NCBI RefSeq assembly: GCF_004010195.1
Contig: NC_057718.1
Location: 85,290,580-85,354,579, forward strand
Source of the DNA: Chiloscyllium plagiosum
Taxonomy: Eukaryota
Direction: 5' to 3'
DNA length: 64,000 nucleotides
In this document: positions 59,791 through 64,000 of the stretch, piece after piece
How the letters are laid out: each line of letters opens with the position of its first letter
How positions within the stretch are numbered: position 1 is the first letter of the stretch
Notes under the pieces: generated by a model
Databases searched by the model: none
What the model was told of the DNA's origin: nothing
The model's input: the letters and a program-made list of their open reading frames with translations, nothing else
Made by a program: the position numbers and the translations under genes

Positions 59791-60294
59791 TTGCAGTCAG
59801 GAATAAGAGTAGCAGTCACATGGGAACAGCAATGTTTCCAAGTTCCTCTCCAACTCACACACCATTTGACTTGAAAATATACTGCTATTCTTTCATTGCC
59901 GCTAGAGTCATAATTTTAGTATCCAGTTAACAGTTTTCTAGGTGCAGATACATGCCAGCAGTATTTCAAGAAGGGTTAAGAATGGGTAATAAATGCTATC
60001 CTTTGTCAGCAATGCCCAAGTTCCATGAATGAATGTAAAAATTCCAGATTAAATTCTTCCTCTTGATGAGCATGTCCACAAACCAATTAGTTGGTCGTGC
60101 ATCTCATTAGCTGTATATGGGATATTGTTGTGCAGACCAAGTAACCTGCATTTTCTGTCTGAATTCATGTGGTCCTGTGACTTAGTTCCCAAGGATGCAA
60201 TCAAAAGTTATACAAATGCAAGTTCAAAGTTTTGTTTTCTTTTATTACTTTTGGAAATGTTTTGGAAATGTCTGCTCAAGTGTATGTAAAAAAT

Positions 60295-60530
60295 CTTTCA
60301 AAGAAAAGCACGGGAAGTTATTCCCAATGCCCCGGCCAACATTTATCCTTCAATAAATAACACAAAAACAGATTTTCTGGTAATTATCTTATTTGCCAGA
60401 GCTTGCTGTAAGCTTAATGACTACTACATATCCATTTCACAACAGTGGATAGCCTGCAGAAAATAAATTCTTAATTGAGTTTAAAGTGCTTTAAGGTGAC
60501 AAGAGGTCATAAAAAGCATGATATAAATAT
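60295..60530 (+). mobile_element. DeuSINE 3' remnant
   Basis: CCCGGCCAACATTTATCCTTCAA...AAAGTGCTTT...ATATAAAT. Confidence 0.55.
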
Positions 60531-60599
60531 AATGATTTTTTGGTTTGGATGTTCAATATTCCTTGATAGTCCATTGTTAGTTGTGTAGGATTTTAAAGA

Positions 60600-61120
60600 T
60601 GTTTTAAGGATGTAAGATACAATTGTATCAAATCTTGTTTAGACTATTGCTCGAACACTGCTTATAACTTTAATTTCCATATTTAAAAAAAACGGTAGAG
60701 ATACTGGAGAAGGTGCAAAAAAAATTACCGTAAATTCAGAGTCTACTTATCAAGAAAGGATCAACAGGTTGGAATTGACCTCTGGAAAAGGTTGAGGGAG
60801 ACTTCTTAGAGATCTTTACATTAAAGAAAGGTTTTGACATATATATATATAAAATATTTCTACTTAGAAAGAAGAAGAAAACTGAAAGTCATCATTATAT
60901 AATTGTCATCCAAATATAAAATAGAGACTTTATAAGAAAACTCTTTACTCAGAGAGTGGTGAGAATATGGAACTCATTACCACATTGGTGGTTGATGGTT
61001 GAAGTGATTATATAGATGCATTCAATGGGAGGCTTGATAAGCATGCAAAGCAAAAGGGAATAGAAGTAATACTGGTAGAGCTGATGGGGAAAGATAGGAG
61101 GAGGAATGTATGGAGCATAG
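60600..61120 (+). mobile_element. Old CR1 3' fragment
   Basis: ILEKVQK...FTQRVVRIWNSLP. Confidence 0.7.
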
Positions 61121-61927
61121 ACCCTATCACTTCTGTCAACCTGGAATCTCTCCTCCCCCATTTTCACCAAATCCCTCCACATTTTGCCCCCTGAAGCTAG
61201 AAACCATATCAGGTTCCAATGCTCCTCATGACTATCTGTCCTCCCATCATTAAGACCAATTGCATTCCATGACTCTAGCTTCTGCCCTACCAGACCTAAT
61301 GCCCCCTGTGGTTGTGAGCATATCCTGTTCTAACCAATACCACTATGCACCTTATATTCTCATGCACAAGGGCAGCCCTGGACATCTCTACAATTCTCTT
61401 TCTAGACATGGCTCCCAATCGCCCCAAGAAATGATAGAAACTGTTGTGAGCGTCACCTGTTCAATCCTCAAACCACATTCAGTCTTGATTCTATTGTTGT
61501 TTGTAACGAGAAAAATTCTATTGGAAATCTGTTCTGATAAGCTTAGAGTGAAAGAGGGGTAAAGCTGATTACAAATTCCTAAGTACAATACAGGACTAGA
61601 CCACTGCCTGGCAGGAGAACAAGAATTATGGCTTCAAATTTAATGTGCTTGAAAGTGTGGTAGTTATGCAGTTCTGCAATGGATATTGTGCATAAAGAAA
61701 ATTTCATTTGATTGATGTTTCTACTGAATCATGGAAGTGTTCTTTCAACACAGATCCATTGGGAGCTGTCACCATGTCCAAGCTGAGATTACTGACTTAC
61801 CCAGGGTTGAAACTGGGTACTCTTTCAAAAGAGTTGGTATCATATATAATATATATTGGCACATTTATCTATTGAAGCATCAAATCAGTTTACCCTTCCA
61901 ATTCTTCCTTCTTTTCCCATTAACAAT

Positions 61928-62680
61928 TGGTGGTTCTCTGGCCTCTGAGTTTCACTCCACAGACTTGAGCACATAGAGTAAGCATTACTTCAATTACCAA
62001 GGGAATGTCAGAGATGTTGTCTTTCACATGAGATGTTGAACAGAGGAGACATTTAAAAATCCAAGGTACTATTGAAAGAAGCACAGAAAAGTAAGTAGCG
62101 ATGCTTGGGAAATAGATTTCATTCCAGGACTTGAAGTTGTTCAAATGTGTTTTGATAGTTTGATAGTCTAAATGGTTAACAGTGACCCTCATCCCAGACA
62201 GTTCTAGATTTGAATACAATTCTCAAGTGGATATTTACTTGGGAATTGTTGTTATTTCCTACTTTAACAATAAATGAAATACTGTAATGATGTTTTATTA
62301 TAAAAGAAAGATAAAAATGTATTTTAAGTCAATTTTCATGACTTCAGGACACCCTAAGAGATTTTACAGCCAATGAAATATTTTGGAGGTGCTGTTATTA
62401 TTGTAATTTAGGAATCTGAGCAGTCAAAAAGGCCCCACAAATAGCAGTATGATGGTAACTAGTTAATGTGCTATAATTATGCTTGTATTGGGAGAAATAT
62501 TGGTAAGACGCAGGGGAGAACACTCGTGATCAGAAGGTGTTGTGGTATATTTTATGTTCACCTGAGAGGGTGGATATCACTGTAGATTAACAGCTCATTT
62601 AAAAGGTTGCTAATTGCAAAATTCAGATCTCTCTTACCACTGCTTAGAATGTCAGAGCAAAATTAAGAAGGGTTTAGATC
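61928..62680. mobile_element. Two DeuSINE remnants (+ ~61928-62110; - ~62320-62680)
   Basis: AGACTTGAGCACATA...TGTCTTTCACATGAGATGTTGAACAGAGG on +, and TTTTACAGCCAATGAAATATTTTGGAGG on the minus copy. Confidence 0.55.
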
Positions 62681-62710
62681 CAGTGAAATTAGTCCTTCAT
62701 ATTTTCATGA

Positions 62711-62919
62711 CAGCTTTGCTATAATGTTCTGTTCTCATGCAATCCCATGTCATAAGAAAATCATGTAATTGCAGCATCATTTAAACTGATGGGGTCAGAT
62801 TTGCGTTATAACCATTATACACTTTAAATGTTCGCCCTGTAGAAACAAAATCCTCAGTTTGTCAATGGTGCTATAGTGAATTTGTGTTAATGAAAGGCAT
62901 GTTATAGCAGAATGGCCTG
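62711..62919. mobile_element. Tigger/pogo-like MITE, second copy
   Basis: Colinear with 25423-25638. Right end GTTATAGCAGAATGGCCTG|TA. Confidence 0.7.
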
Positions 62920-63799
62920 TACTTTGTTCTGAGCTCCAGTGGCACAGGGTCATGAATGTCAGCTCTGTATTCTGTTTCTATACTCTAGTGCAGCTTTCAG
63001 TCCAATGACACCAATGCCTGTTTGTTTCTGGTTAACAGTAATCTGAATTTCCAGTTGGAGACCATCACAAGTTTTCCAACATGCAGAAAGATGAGTCTGA
63101 GTTAGCATTTAGGCAAAATGTTTGCCTACTGAAAAGCTACCTTCCAGCATTCATTTTGTTTCTGCACTAGGATGGGACAGTTGAGCCTGTCTATGAGGAC
63201 TCTCCATGGGTTGCTATAATCAGACATCAGGAGCTGATTTTATTTCTTCCTTCCACTCCTCTGCCCCCAGTGAGGAGGAACGCTTTGTGTTGCCTAATAT
63301 TCCATTGATTGCAGCAGACAGGCTGGAACTGACTAAAACTGGTCAAGAAAAGCAAATGAGTTTGGATGACATTTAACGCTAGTTTCCTCCACTTACTCAC
63401 TCTGATTAAGAGTCAAACAGTTGCCCACTTGAGCAACCAGACCATCTGTTACCTTTGAACCAAATTGGGAGCTATGATGAAGGTGAATTGTGTGTTCCTT
63501 AAAGAAAATTTTAAATCAGAGCCCCGAAAAATCATTTTATTATCTATCTAAAGGCTTAGCTTGCACCCACTTGCTTATACCATAATAAACTGTTAATAAA
63601 AATGTAGGGAATGCATGCTTTTGAGATGTTTGATGCCTCAGAAAAAAAGGTTTTATGGGAATGACAAATTAGTAATCAATTATAAAGCAAAAACAATCAA
63701 TTATAAAGTACATATAATAGAACATTTTCCTTTTATGTTTCTCAAGCAGCTTCGAGTCACTGTACTTTTGGTTACTCCTGGAGCTTGTAGTGCAGTAAT

Positions 63800-64000
63800 G
63801 ACCTGATTTTAGACATTTCTCTCCCCATGTTCAAACCACTATATGGCCTTGCCCGTCCCTACATCCTTAACCTTCTCTCACCCAAGTATCTCTCTTATAA
63901 CTGCATTCCTCTGATTTTAGCCTGTCTGGCACCCTCTACCTCTTTTGCCCATATTGCTGGCCATGCATTCAGTCATTTGAATATTCTGCTCTGGAATTTC
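63800..64000 (+). mobile_element. L2 LINE 3' remnant (runs off the window)
   Basis: MFKPLYGLARPYI resembles L2 FK.L.GLAPPYL. Similar to 21410-21560. Confidence 0.5.

Overview
Eukaryotic, repeat-dense vertebrate DNA, almost certainly from a shark or ray. This is inferred from nine copies of the elasmobranch HE1 V-SINE and its partner HER1/CR1 LINE. The only host gene I can support is the 5' end of ENTPD6 on the minus strand: a CpG-island non-coding exon ending at 7213 and the first coding exon 5441-5151, with apyrase motif ACR1 (FDAGSTGTR). The other ~56 kb is upstream intergenic DNA filled with decayed, often nested retroelements: a full-length L1, a near full-length CR1 with an esterase ORF1, several Penelope families, a Mag-type Gypsy provirus, Gmr1-like gag, Rex1, RTE, L2, DeuSINEs and Tigger-like MITEs. 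There is one assembly gap (49464-49839). The most notable observations are: (1) a U1 snRNA copy fused head-to-tail to a complete HE1 SINE; (2) about 14 Penelope-derived hammerhead ribozyme motifs, many in tiny solo or hairpin elements with target-site duplications; (3) three short same-orientation copy-paste duplications whose donor lies 1.5-1.8 kb upstream; (4) a LINE with a tRNA-like head and a matching internally deleted SINE; (5) TE-poor, homeodomain-site-rich islands that may be enhancers, possibly of vsx1. TE boundaries were read by eye and are approximate unless a TSD or splice site is cited.
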